Shown here: one piece after another, positions 38,491 through 51,583 of the stretch | How positions within the stretch are numbered: the stretch's first letter is position 1 | How the letters are laid out: every line of letters begins with the position of its first letter | Assembly: GCA_904063045.1 (NCBI GenBank) | Contig: CAJFCJ010000052.1 | Location: forward strand, 28,110-92,109 | Reading direction: 5' to 3' | Source: Dimorphilus gyrociliatus | Lineage: Eukaryota; Animalia; Annelida | DNA length: 64,000 bases | Program-made: the position numbers and the translations under genes | The notes under the pieces: model-generated | What the model was told of the DNA's origin: nothing | The model's database searches: none | Seen by the model: the letters and a program-made list of their open reading frames with translations, nothing else

Positions 38491-41400
38491 TAAAATTGTT
38501 TTATTTAAAACACGATATCTTCAAAAAAGAAATAACCCTGTCTTAAAATTGAATTGTGATCAAATTCTCTATTAAAACAGATTCGAGTTTTGTGCAAACA
38601 TTCAATAGTTTGTAAAATAGTTTTTATACAAAAGAAAAATTCAAAATTGTCATGAAAATACTTTTCAAATGTAAACTGATTTCTTTCAATTTCAGTATTC
38701 TTTTTGAAATGATGAAATTGTATCATTCCTGCTACTTCATTTTTTCCTCTCATTTCATTTTGGAAACATTTTAAAACTGTGAGTTTGTGGTAAAACAAAA
38801 CAAAAATAAAAACAAGTTCCTACTTAAATTGAAGAAAAATGAAAAAGAAAATGCATCAAACTTTTTATAATATTTTTTTCAATATTTTTTTCAACTTCAT
38901 TTTTTCTACAAAAAAAGAAAAGAGAAAAAGACTTTTGTCAGTAAACTGAAGGTTTTTTTTGTATATATTTAAAAATTTTTACATTCTCTCCCTTTTTTCT
39001 TTAGTCCTTTTAGCTTTATTATAAATTTCACCAAATATATAAATTATTGGATTTACAGTGGAATTTAATGGTATAAAAATTAATATTAACCAATTATATG
39101 CTTCATGGTTTATTGGTAAATTTTTAAATAATATAAAGATCAATAAGATCAGTACACGAGTTGATCACATGTTTATTAGGTAGGCAAATTTCAACGTTGG
39201 ATGAATAAATCCAAATAAAACAGCATAGTTCAAAGAATAAACTATACACGACCTTGACATTTGTCAAATTTTTAAAAAGTATTTTAATATTGTTCAAGGG
39301 AAAAACTGTATTATTCAAATGAAATTGTTGAACATTGTCGATTCGTCAGACAACAAATAACAATCTTGAAAACCATCGCATTCAATATCCGATGTAAAAC
39401 ATTCTCCATCGCAAAAATACTGTTGATTACCTTTACATTCTGTACAATTTAAGAGTTAGGTAACTAAGTGTATAACATAAATAATATATTAATGATGAAT
39501 CAACTGTTTTGGTCCATACGCAATGGTTCTCATCGGAACTATCAAAGCAATTTCGTTCATTGTTACATATGAAATCTTTACGAATACATTGATTGTTATT
39601 ACATTTTCTGTTACAATAAAAAAATAGACACGCATTTAAATATTTGAAAAGCAAAAGCAAAATAAAAACTCACTTAAAACCTTCGATGCATTCTTGGTAT
39701 TCTGAAGAGAAAAAATGAATTACTCTTTTTCTTCAAAAAATCAACAAACTGACTGCAAAATTTTTCATCCAATTTATTGTGACAATCAAATACAAAATTA
39801 CAAACAAATTGGTATTGAATGATTTGAGTGTTATCACAATAAAAACACAATTTGTATTAGTAGCACACTTCAATTCGTCATCTTTATCTTTACAATCCGA
39901 ATATCCATCACACAAGTATAAAATGTTAATACAAACCTTTGAGGAGGTGCATAGAAAACTATTTAATGGACATTTAGAAAAATTTCCAATGGATAATAAA
40001 TCATTTATTTCCATTCCAAATTTTGTTCCTGAATTAAAATGATTTAAGTTGTTTTGGAAGAAATTATTAATAATTTTTTTTCTTGACCTACTAATTCAAA
40101 ACAGAAAAAATATTTAAATAATCTTCCTGTACAAGATGTTCCAAATGCATAGATATTTTTTACACGATTATCATAACTACCCACAGCATGGCAATCAATT
40201 TGTGGATCTTCAGATGAAAAATGACGATCTTGTATTCTATGAGTTAAACCGCTTGAGTATACTCTATGAAGATGACCTCTTTTATCTCTCGAATTGATTA
40301 GAACTATTATAAGATGTTTTTTATTGTTTGGTGTTTGTGTCTAGAATTATAATTCATTTTCAAAATATTTTTACCACTCGGAATTTCTTGGGATGTCCAC
40401 TATACAGCTAAAATGAAAAAAAAGTGCAAATTGACACTACTCTCAAAATATCTTATTCTCCTTCCAACCCTAACCCTGACAACAGTTGACCTTAATTCCA
40501 TCTGTCTTATTGGCTATTGATGGATTTTTCTTCTAGTCAACTATAATATTCATTTAAAAAAAAAAACCTTGGTGAATGTAATCTTTTGCCATGTCATTAG
40601 ATAGATACGATAACGATAATAGATATCTAAAGACAAAAATTTGTCCAGCTCCGTCGAATATTGTTAAATTATTCCTTTTGCATCTTTCATTGATTTCATT
40701 TATCGATGTCAAATATTTCGATTTAAACATATAAAAACAGTAATCTTGGTATAATAGGCCTTTTTCCTGGGAACAATCTAAAAATTGTTGGGTTAGGGTT
40801 AATTATTATTGTATGTCTTCAAATACAAGCAACCTTTAGAGTATTTTCTATTATCGCATTCGATATATGGTTGAAAATTAACATTAGCTTCAAAACCATA
40901 ATTTCTAAGCACAAGTTTATTACATTAACAGATTATTCTAACTTTTGATATTAAAATCTCTCTCTCTCTCTCTTTACCTTCTTCTATTATCACCCAAGTT
41001 TTTGATTAGAGTTGGATTTTTTTTAAACTGTGAAAACAAAAGAAAAAGTGAAAAAAAAACATAGAAGTTAGGCTTTTGACATTTAAATATTAACAATTTT
41101 GGGTGAATCGCTTAATTTGCGTCTAAACTATTATTTTTATTACAGGAAAATGAAAATAGACTATACGAAAAGTATTCCCTTGTTTTAAATTGTTTTCCAA
41201 ATTTTCCGTATTTATATCCAAAATATTTGCAAACAACTTCAATCACGTGTTGGTATAAATATAAAGGATTTATATTTGACCAATCATCTTCATAATAGAT
41301 TTGTAAGACACCTTTAAAACTTTTTTGTTTCTTTCTAATTCTAAGTTTTCTCCTATAAAGCACCCCATCTTTTAATAATGACCCATGTCTGGAATGGAAT

Positions 41401-42193
41401 AATCTGTAACTCATATCTAGAGAGAGAAAGTGATCAAGATGAAATGCGAAATAGACTAAAAAAAAAACTCAATTTTACTCTGAGTTATTGGATTTTTTTC
41501 TTCGCAGAAAACCCGATAGGAAACTTGAGAAAAATTCGACCATATTGGTTCGCAGTCTACATTTTCATCATTAAATTTCCATTTACAATTTGTCAATTTA
41601 AAAAAGAGTTTAATGTAGAAATTATTTGGAAAAAGTACTCCACAATAATGCTAGAAAAGATAGATATTTTTCTATCAATCAATCAATCAATGTTGAAATT
41701 TTTTGTAAGTTTCTTACATTTTCCTTTATCATATTTGTATTAAAGAATCGATATTTTGCATTTGGCTCTTTGGGATATAAATTCATATTCATTTTTTGAC
41801 ATATTGAATGAATTATCTTATATTGATCATCATTTAAATCGAATGCATAGGGAAGTGGACCATAACTTTTCGACTCAAAATAGAAAAGTATTTTGGTGGA
41901 TATTTTTTAGATTCATCTACTACTCTATGTCCAAAAAGATTAATATAGTAATCACTAGCCAACTTTCTCTCAAGTTCTATAAAAGTATTAACAATTATAA
42001 AAAAAAAATTCCTCTTTATTGAAATTTCAAACCTTTCAATTCTGAAAAATTACAAATTATTTCTTCATAATTCTCTTTGTTGTTATTATTATAGAATATT
42101 TTAAATTCATACAAGTTTAAGAGGCCAATTCTAATATCATTTGAAACATATACTGCAATTTATTTGATATTTATTATAAATATAATTTTCTTT

Positions 42194-42393
42194 GGATGTG
42201 GTAGAAAACGGCCATAAATCTATGGTTTTACCCTAACCCTAACCCAGCCCTTGTTTTTGCCTAACCTTTTTGACTACCCCCAACCCTTTGATGGTTAAGA
42301 ACATATCAACAGTTATCTTATTCCTCCTAACCATTTCCCAGGCTGAAATCTAACTTTCAAATATTTCATTTATGGCCGTTTTCGACCAGTCCC
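42194..42393 (+). mobile_element. MITE family B with perfect 9-bp TSD ATTTTCTTT
   Basis: ATTTTCTTT at 42185-42193 and 42394-42402; TIRs; ACCCTAACCCTAACCCAGCCC inside. Confidence 0.93.
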
Positions 42394-43624
42394 ATTTTCT
42401 TTTTATTTTAGTCCTATACTATAAAATTTTGGTATTAATGATAGAAAATATCCATCACTAACAGACTTGGATTTTACTCTAACCTTTTACAAAATATTAT
42501 GAAACATTTTGGATATTTTCTCTCAATCCTAAGAAATCATTTTTTGAAAATTTTCTTACTTTCTTCTTTTCTTATATAGAATTGAGTTTTACTACAAAAA
42601 AATTGTCTATTTTCTTTTCTAGCAACAGTTTTGTAAATTGTATTATTTTTTTGTTTTCTATAAACTTGAAAATGTTTATAATTTGATGTTAATGCAAAAA
42701 TGTCTGTTAAAATAAAAAAGTGAAAAAAAATACAAGTTATTGTCAAAATATCAAAAAAGAAGGAAAAATTTCATTAAACCCAACATTCTGTTTGTTTTTT
42801 AAAACATTTCAAGCACAAAAGTCCAGGGAAATTGTTACATTTTTTATAATGATAACTGTATAAATATAAAAACATAAGAAATAATTGAAAAATTCAAATA
42901 TTTAAAAAGATGTTGGCTATTTACAAATAAAGCTTAGTATGTAAACCAAGTACATATCTCCAATTTGTCACTAGTTTAGCTAGAAAAAAAATAGATAAAA
43001 AATAAATGTATACCTAGAGTTTTCTTATTTTCCTTTATTTAGTAGATTTGGTGGTGATGGAAAGAATACAAAAAAATTCTACCCTAATCCAAAAAAACAC
43101 CACCACCAAATCTTTTGACGCCATTTTGTGGTGTTTAAATTTATTTGAAAATCTTACAATAATTGTCACCACAAGGCCTGACAAATTCATCCTATCACAA
43201 ATTTTATTTGTATTATTAATCATTATTTGGAAATAATTGATAAAAAACTCTTGTTTCAATGATTTAACAGAAACTTTTAAAATTCCGTATGAGTGTATAG
43301 AATCAGAGTTAATAATATTTAAATTATATTTAAATTCTGTTTTATTGAAAATGCTATAATCTTCAATATGAAAATTTGAAGTGAAATTATTCAGTAAAGA
43401 GAATAATGCAAGATAAATTGTGATTGTCATCATCATCCTAACTATAATTCTTTCTTTTTCATTTCTTTTCTATTCTTTAGTAAAACGCTAATCAATAAAA
43501 TTTTTTTTTCTTTAATTAAATTGTAATTTTATAGTTTAATGATAAAAATTTAATATAATTTTTTTTATCATAATTTTCCACTTGACTGCCAGATAAAAAT
43601 ATTGTTCTATGTGTATCTATATTC

Positions 43625-43705
43625 TAATGTTTGCTTCAGGTATCCAATAATTTTACAGTTAGTGAACTGTTCAGTTTATATTTATGTTTAGTAACAGGAT
43701 GAAAT
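43625..43705 (-). mobile_element. Small LTR fragment
   Basis: Reverse complement CATCCTGTTACTAAACATAAATATAAAC...AACTGTAAA matches the LTR U3. Confidence 0.6.
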
Positions 43706-43799
43706 GTTATTTCAATGATTAAAGTCATTTTATTGTATTTTTCAATCAACTATAGAATATGGCTATAATGCAGAGGGTATAAACTACTAAATTGTTCTT

Positions 43800-43905
43800 A
43801 GATCCCATCTAAGGGTTAGGGGCATCTAAAAAGGTTAGATAAAAATAAGTGCTAGGTTAGGGTTAGGGTAAAACCATAGATTTGTGGCCGTTTTCTACGA
43901 CATCC
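43800..43905 (-). mobile_element. Half copy of MITE family B
   Basis: GGTTAGGGTTAGGGTAAAACCATAGATTTGTGGCCGTTTTCTACGACATCC. Confidence 0.85.
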
Positions 43906-44109
43906 ATAAAATTTATATTCTTAATTTGCAAGTAAATTTAAAATTCATATTTTTCAATATTTCTGTATCAGTAAAAAAGATAATTTCATGTTTACTAATC
44001 ACTATTTTCTTATCACAACATAGCAACAGCAGGCCAACTATGACCAATTTACTTACTAATTTCATTTCTGTGACATCTTTTTTATACGGAAGAAATATTT
44101 AAAAAAATT

Positions 44110-47100
44110 ATGAATTTACATAATCTTAGTAGTAATGAAAAATTGTCTCTTAATTACTACAAGGAAAATATTAAAGATTTACTTAAAGCTCCATCAGCCT
44201 TTTATAGATTGTCCACAAAATTGGACTATTTAAAAATATTAAATACTGATGACAAGCATGAACTACAAAAGCAATATGATGGTGGGCAAAAAAATTTGGC
44301 AATATCTTCAATTTTTGAAAGTTTGTTCCAGCTAAATTTTTGTGATATTTGGGAAATTTTTTTTGATATGGATAATCTGAATTGTGAAAGATTAGCAAAG
44401 TGTTTACATAACAGAGAGATAGCATGGCAACAATTGATTTTTGATACTAAAATACAAAGACAAAAACAATTTACAACAATTCCATTACTCCCTTTTACAA
44501 AATTTGAAGTCAAAATATCAGATATTATAACATCTATTGAAATATCTGAAGTACGTAAAGTTGATATAATTGATTGGGAATTACAGAAAACAGAATTTGA
44601 TTATCAAAATTTCTATAAAATATTTTATACAGAATTCAAAAAGATTTTAATACAAGGAAAACCTGGAATAGGTAAAAGTGTACAGGTTAAATATCTTCTT
44701 TACAAATGGGCAAATGAACAATGGAAAGTCGATTCTCAAAAATTATGTCTCTTCATTATTTTAAGAAAGGTTAAACAAGATTCAAGCATCTACCAAGAAA
44801 TAATTGAACAAAATTTCAAAAATATTCCCTACATCAATGAAAATATAGTGGAATCAATGTTTATTGAAAAGAGAAATGATGTTGTCCTCTTTCTTGATGG
44901 GGCTGATGAGTTATATCAAGCAAATCACCCTCTATATACTTTCTTAGAAGATCCAATATGTAATATTCAAACTGTAATATGGTCTCGTAAATGGAGAGCT
45001 AAGGAATTAAATTGTAAATGTGATATAGTATTTGAATTAACAGGCTGGAATCCTTTTCAAATGACATCATTCTTTCGAAAATGCTTCAATGAGGAGGATA
45101 TTGAAAAATCTTTGGAATTTCAAGAAAGTGTAGTACTTAAAAATCAAAAAATTAACAGCCTGTGCAATATTCCATTATTGGCTATGATATTATTTCATGT
45201 ATGGAAGGAAAAAGAAGAATCTTTTTATGATAAATCTCTTTATGAAAATTATCAAGATATAATAAATATTGCACAAGCAAAACATGGATGCATTGCAATA
45301 AATAATGATGCTGAATTACAAACATTTTACGAACTTTGTCTCAGAAATCTATCACAAAACAAAATTCTTCTAGATGACAAAAACCTAATTGAACTTATTG
45401 AGACAAATTTTAAATGTATATTGCAAATTATTCCTCTTCCAACCAACCAAGTTGAGTTACAATTCTACCATTTATCCTTTCAAGAGTTTTTTGCAGCTAA
45501 ATTTCTAATAACAAAAGTTCAAGAAGTAACAAAGAAAAAAAGATTTTTCCTATGTGAATTTTTCTTTTCATCCAAAAACAGTATGAATAGCCTATTTGAA
45601 GGACTAACTAACGTAAATCTTTTTAATGTTATGGAATTTATACAACATTATTCTTCAGATGTTTTTCAGAAAATTCTTATACATTTTAAAGTTGCAAAAA
45701 ATATGTTTGACTTTAGCAACAATTTAATGAACTTTCTACAAAATGGTTTAGAAACAGATAATGTATTGGAATTACAGAATGAAACTTTAAGTGATGATAT
45801 CCTCAAGATTATCTTTATTAAATTTGGCAAAAATTTAGAGAAGATTATACTGATTGACACATTTGTAAATTTAAAATTAATGATTGATTGCTGTTGTAAA
45901 TATTGTACTAAATTGAGATCTGTAACAGTAAAAGGTTCAGAAGTTACTTATAATAATGAAATATTAACAGAAGATCTATTTTTGGAAAATATTTTCCATT
46001 CACAAATTATAAAATATTTAGAAAGAATAGAGATTGGGAATCAATTTTTGGCTGTGAAAGAAAATAGTTTTTTTGGGAATTTATTTGGATATTTTTGCAG
46101 ATTTACAATTATCTATTCTTCTAAATATATTACAGAATTTATCGATGAATCATTCGACTCAAAAAACTATTTTACAAACATAAAAATTAAATTCTTTGAT
46201 GGTTTGACTCTATTAAAAAGACTGGTTATTGGAAATAAAAAATTTGGAGGAATTGGTCAGAAACGTTTTTTATCAATGATAGAAAAAAAGCTACAGAACA
46301 AACCATTTAGAAAGTTTGAATCATATAACTGTGAAATTATTAATCTGGATATTAATATTTTGGATAAATATCACACACTAATTACAAATCAATATTTTCA
46401 AACACCTATTGGAGGAAAAAAACATAATGAAGAGTTTCCAAATGGATATATCTCTCTTAAAATTGAAAGTAAAAGCCTTTTGACCATTACTTATTCAAAT
46501 CAGAAAAAAAGAATAGTATGGTATTCTGTCATAAAGAACCTGTTTTCAACGGTTATCTTTATTCATCAAATGGCTACTTAAAAGGAAGCCCTGCAAAATT
46601 GAATCTTTACACCTAGTTGGACATTACAGAGATATCTATTCGATAATTCAAATATTTATTAAAGCTGAGAGTCATCTCCTCAGTTTTACAAAAGAGTTAA
46701 ACTTGACTCATTTTAAAATCACAACTAAAATTGAATTTGGTCAATTTATTAGCACCATTAAACTGCTACCTTTGTTAACCTACATTAGCTTAGTAAATGT
46801 ACAAAATGTAAAAGATTGTTTACAACCAATTCTACATGAATTTAATAGAAATTTGACCACCTTGGAACATATATATTGTGACTCCTGTTATTTGACACCA
46901 GTTGAAGCGCAGATATTGGGCCAACTCCTGGAACAAACTAAACATTTGAAGACACTGAATTTGTCAAACAACAAACTGATAAAAGATGGCTTTGAAGCAA
47001 TTTGTCTTAGACTAAAACCTTCTTCCAAAATATTTGAGAGAATTAATGTACAAAACTGTAATCTCAATCAGACACATGCAAATTCTTTTGCAGAGTTACT

Positions 47101-49750
47101 AAGATACTGTTCTAGTTTAGTGTACATCAATTTATCAGGAAATCCAAACATGCACAGAGGACTTTCAATGATCTTTGAAGAGTTACACCAATCTTCAAAA
47201 ACATTAAAAGAGATTAGAGTCAGTAACTGTAGCTTAACTATTGAAGAAGGAAATTCATTGGGAAACTTACTTAAAAAGTGTTCACATATAACAGAAATTG
47301 ACTTGTCATGGAATAAGCATATGGGTAAATCATTTGTAAAAATTATAGAAGGATTAAAATCATCTTTCGAAACTTTGAAAACAGTTAATGTTCATGAGTG
47401 TAATTTGAAAAGGGAACAATGGGAATCATTTAGCAATTTATTAAAAGTATGTTCTCATTTAAAAGATATAGACTTATCATGGAAAACAAATGTAAGCTAC
47501 TCATTTAAAGAAATATTTGACAGATTAAAATTTTCTGCAAACAGCTTGCAAAGAGTTAATGTCCAGGTAGGAAATTTAAATTTAGAAGAAAGGAGTTCTT
47601 TGGCAAAAATGTTTATGAATTGTTCACATATAAAAAGTATTTCTTTGCATGGTAATAAATATATTTATAAATCATTTGAAGAAATACTCGAAGGATTAGA
47701 GTCATCATCAAATACTTTGCAAATTGTTGACCTCAGCTGTTGCTGCTTAAATGATGAACAAGGGAAATCTTTGGGTGAAATTTTCAAAAAGTGTTCTCTT
47801 TTGCAGGACATTAATTTGAGGTCTAATAAAAATATTAGTGAATCATTTAAAGAAATTTTTCATTCATTAGGGTCCTCTTCAGAAAAATTGGAAAAAATTG
47901 ACTTCAGTGACTGCCATTTAAATGAAGAAAATGGATGGTCTTTGGAAAGATTATTCAAAAAATGTTCGCAAATAAAATATATTAACTTGGGAGAAAATAC
48001 TAGTATGACTCAATCTTTGGACGGTGTATTTAAAGCATTAGCTTCATCATCAGAAACAATCGAAAAGATTCTTCTTCATAAATGTAAATTAACAGAAAAA
48101 AATGGAAAATCTTTAGAAAAGTTATTAAAAAAATGTTCACATATAAAAGACATTAACTTAGGAGAAAATGGCACTATGGGTAAATCTTTGAAGGATGTCT
48201 TTAAATCATTAGCATCAACATCAGGGACTTTGGAAAAGATTTTTATTCACAAATGTAATTTAACTGAGAAAGAAGGAAAATCTTTGGGAAGATTACTCAA
48301 AGTGTGTTCATTTATAACAGACATTAATTTGGGAATTAACAGTCATATGAGCAAATCATTTGCAGATATTTTTGTTGGATTGGAATCATCCTCAGATACA
48401 TTGCAAAAGCTAAATGTTAGGCACTGTAATTTAAATGAAAAAAGAAGGAAATGTTTGAGTAGATTACTGAAAAAGTGTTCACACATAGAAGACATAAACT
48501 TTGAAGCTAATTGGTCTATTGGTGAATTATTTGAAGAAATTTTTCATGGATTGAAATCATCCTCAGATACTTTGCAAAGGTTAAATGTTGGGCACTGCAA
48601 TTTAAATGAAGAACAAGGGATGTTTTTGGGTGAATTACTCAAAAGGTGTTCACACATAGAAGACATAAACTTTGAAGGTAATTGGACTATGGGTAAATCA
48701 CTTGAAGAAGTGTTTCAAGCATTGGAATCATCCTCAGACGCTTTGCAAAAGCTAAATATTAGGCACTGTAATTTAAATACAAGACAAGGTAAATTTCTTG
48801 TTAAATTACTCAAAAAGTGTTCACACATTAAAGACATTAATTTGGCAGGAAATAAAAATATCAGTGAATTTTTTGAAATAGTATTTCTAGAATTAGAATC
48901 ATCAGCATTTGCTTTACAAAAGCTCAATGTTACGAACTGTGATTTAAATAAAAGACAAGGGAAATTTCTTGTTAAATTACTCAAAAAGTGCTCACAGATA
49001 GAAGACATTAATTTGACAGCTAATATATGTATTGGTAAATACTTCGAAGGAGTATTTCAAGCATTAGAATCATCTTTACATACTTTGCAAAGACTTGATG
49101 TGACTAAATGTTTTTTAAAAAAGGAACAAGGGAAATCTTTGGGAAAATTACTCAAAAAGTGTCAACGAATAGGAAACATCAATTTGACAGGGAATAATCA
49201 TATTGGTGAATCATTGGAAGAAGTATTTCAAGGATTAGAATCATCTTCAAATACTTTGCAAAGACTTAATGTTACTGAATGTTCTTTAAAAGAGGAACAA
49301 GGAAAATCTTTGGGAAAATTACTTAAAATGTGTTTACATTTAAAAGACATTGATTTGTCATGGAATAGATGTATTGGTGTATCATTGAAAAAAGTATTTC
49401 AAGGGTTAGAATCATCTTCAAATACTTTGGAAAGACTTAATGTTAGTAACTGTTCTTTGAATGAAGAACAAGGGAAATCTTTGGGAAAATTACTTAAAAA
49501 GTGTTTACATTTAAAAGACATTAATTTGTCATGGAATAGATGTATTGGTGAATCATTGGAAAAAGTATTTCAAGGATTAATATCATCATCAGGTACTTTG
49601 AAAAAGCTTAATGTTAGTAACTGTTCTTTATATGAAACAAAAGGAAAATCTTTGGGAAAATTACTCAAAAATTGTTTACATTTAGAAGATATTAATTTGT
49701 CATTTAATAGATTTTCTGATGACGCTTTTGAAGAAATACTCCAAGGATAG
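44110..49750 (+). CDS. Intronless NLR (death-fold-like, NACHT, about 35 RI-type LRRs) split by one +1 frameshift at ~46535-46581
   Basis: Walker A ILIQGKPGIGKS; Walker B LFLDGADEL; CNIPLLAMIL; WHD FYHLSFQEFFAA. The LRR frame is open from 46535, overlapping the NACHT ORF end. The LRRs have a 57-aa (171-bp) period. Confidence 0.9.
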
Positions 49751-51307
49751 AAATCATCCTCAAATACTGTGAAAAAGTTTCATTAGTATGGTTGTTTTTT
49801 AAGAATGTCTAAGAAAAAGAGGTCTATTAGACAAATTTTAAAAAGAAATTGAAACTACTGAAATGTAAAGTTTAGTTTAAGATCTATGAACTATATTTGT
49901 GACATGAAAAACATTAAGGATAAAAATTTTTATAATTCCATTATTGTTGGAAGAAACCACTTTGATATTCATCCTACAAGCTATCTAATTAGTAAAAGAT
50001 TATTTTTGTGAATTGAAAGTCCAAACAAAAGTTTCAATTACAGACAAGGAATAAAACAATATAAAATTGTTAAATTAATTGAAATGCACACAATCAGTTG
50101 AAGATTATAAGACAAAAGCAACTGAAAAAATAAAAATGTATTACCTTTTCAACATTCATGTTTCCAGTGTAAAATTTTTTCAATGAGTAGCCTAGGTGAG
50201 AAAATATCTTTTTTATCATTTAAATCTGTTTCTCAACAACATTTTTGATATTCAAAACAAAGTTTTAGTAGGAAGCTACAATAAAAAATAGATAAGTTAT
50301 AATTTATTACAATGAAACATTGAAAAAAATTAATTCTTTTTATTTGATAAAAAAATATTTTCAAAACAACTTTTCCATTTAATGATATATTTCTTGAATG
50401 GCAAGAAACAAGTGTCTTTGTAATCTGGCTTATTGCTAAAATCATGTCATTATCCAAAAATACCTTCTTCCCTGTAAATTGTTCATATACAAGTGATAAA
50501 TTAATTTGACCAAAAACACAATTTTCTACATTCTCATAAAATTCAACTATTGTTGTAAAATTAAAAAAATGAACACTCTAAATAAACAACAATTCTTGAT
50601 TCTATTTCTTGAGAATCATTATTCAGGTGTTATTTATTAAAAAAACAAGATTTAAAAAAAAGATATTCAACTTGGAATTGTTGAACACTCAAAATAAAAT
50701 TGAGCAGATGATGATCTATTTGATAGATAGATTGATTTTATAGCAATTTATTAATTTCTCCTTTTTAAATAAATGTTCACTGTTCAAGTTTTATTTGATC
50801 AATTAGACATTCAAACTTGAATTGGAATCTTGACATTCAATTTTTCTGTGTAATTTAGATGATATAAAACTATATATATTGTATTCTTAGCGCTAAATGG
50901 TAAAATGAATTTGAATTTGTTTCCTTTGCTTCCAAATATAGTTTTAAATAAAAAATATATAATATCCTCCAAGGTCAGAATAACTACAAAGAATACTTTC
51001 ATAAGAACTTTCAAGGTCATTTATTGATTTAAATAGAATTGTTGGTTTATTAGAATGTTTTAGAGATTTATAACAAACTGTTTATTTTCAATAAAAACAT
51101 ATTTCTTCTGTAATGATCTACTTTGACTTTCATTTGAGATGATGTCTTTTTAGAATTGGCGAGTGGAAAATGAATTTGGACAAAATACTATATAGAATTG
51201 GAGAGATTAGCATTAGTTTTATAAATTATTTTTCAAATTTTATCAAGTAGGTCTATCTAGCTATGCTTCATACCATTTACTTATATTCCATATTCTTCTT
51301 ACATATA

Positions 51308-51583
51308 TTAGGTACCATCAAAAAATTTCAAATTCTGTGCTATAATTTTAAAACGGCTTAACTAATCACACTGATACTTTCTAATAAACTTACTGAATTA
51401 GTAAACTTTCACTGTGTAAACTTTCATTCGATTCTGTCAAGCCATTTCAAATTTATTTTGATGTAAGCAACTACAAGTTATGTCCACACGTTCCACTCAA
51501 CAAAATATCATTGCATTTTTGGCGCATGAGAAGGTCTCTCCAAGGAAAATTTATGTATGGTGAAATTTTTTGATTGTACCTAA
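51308..51583 (+). mobile_element. Internally deleted mariner element (276 bp) with TA TSD
   Basis: TA|TTAGGTACCATCAAAAAATTTCA ... TGAAATTTTTTGATTGTACCTAA|TA. Retains the transposase start MSTRSTQQNIIAFLAHEKVSPRKIY. Confidence 0.88.

Larger units (their letters stand above)
38225..43436 (-). pseudogene. GRL101-like receptor paralog 3 with pseudokinase-like tail; internally deleted (most LRRs and TM1-6 missing)
   Basis: Signal and SRCR-like exons at 43035-43436 and 41112-41414; LDLa at 39330-40014; hinge LFKNLTNVKVV..ELCCF...CLP...SCTDLI. TM7 WLILIFIPLNSTVNPIIYIF at ~39030-39100; kinase-like IKTILQTIECLHKTRI at 38505-38798; DQIKN end segment at ~38250-38270. Confidence 0.72.

Noticed and set aside
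46703-49750. CRISPR-like or noncoding tandem array
   Set aside because: The 171-bp periodicity is protein-coding LRR repetition in a eukaryotic gene; no repeat-spacer structure.
50200-51200. Possible further NLR remnant on the minus strand
   Set aside because: Only vague LRR-like segments; no NACHT motifs.
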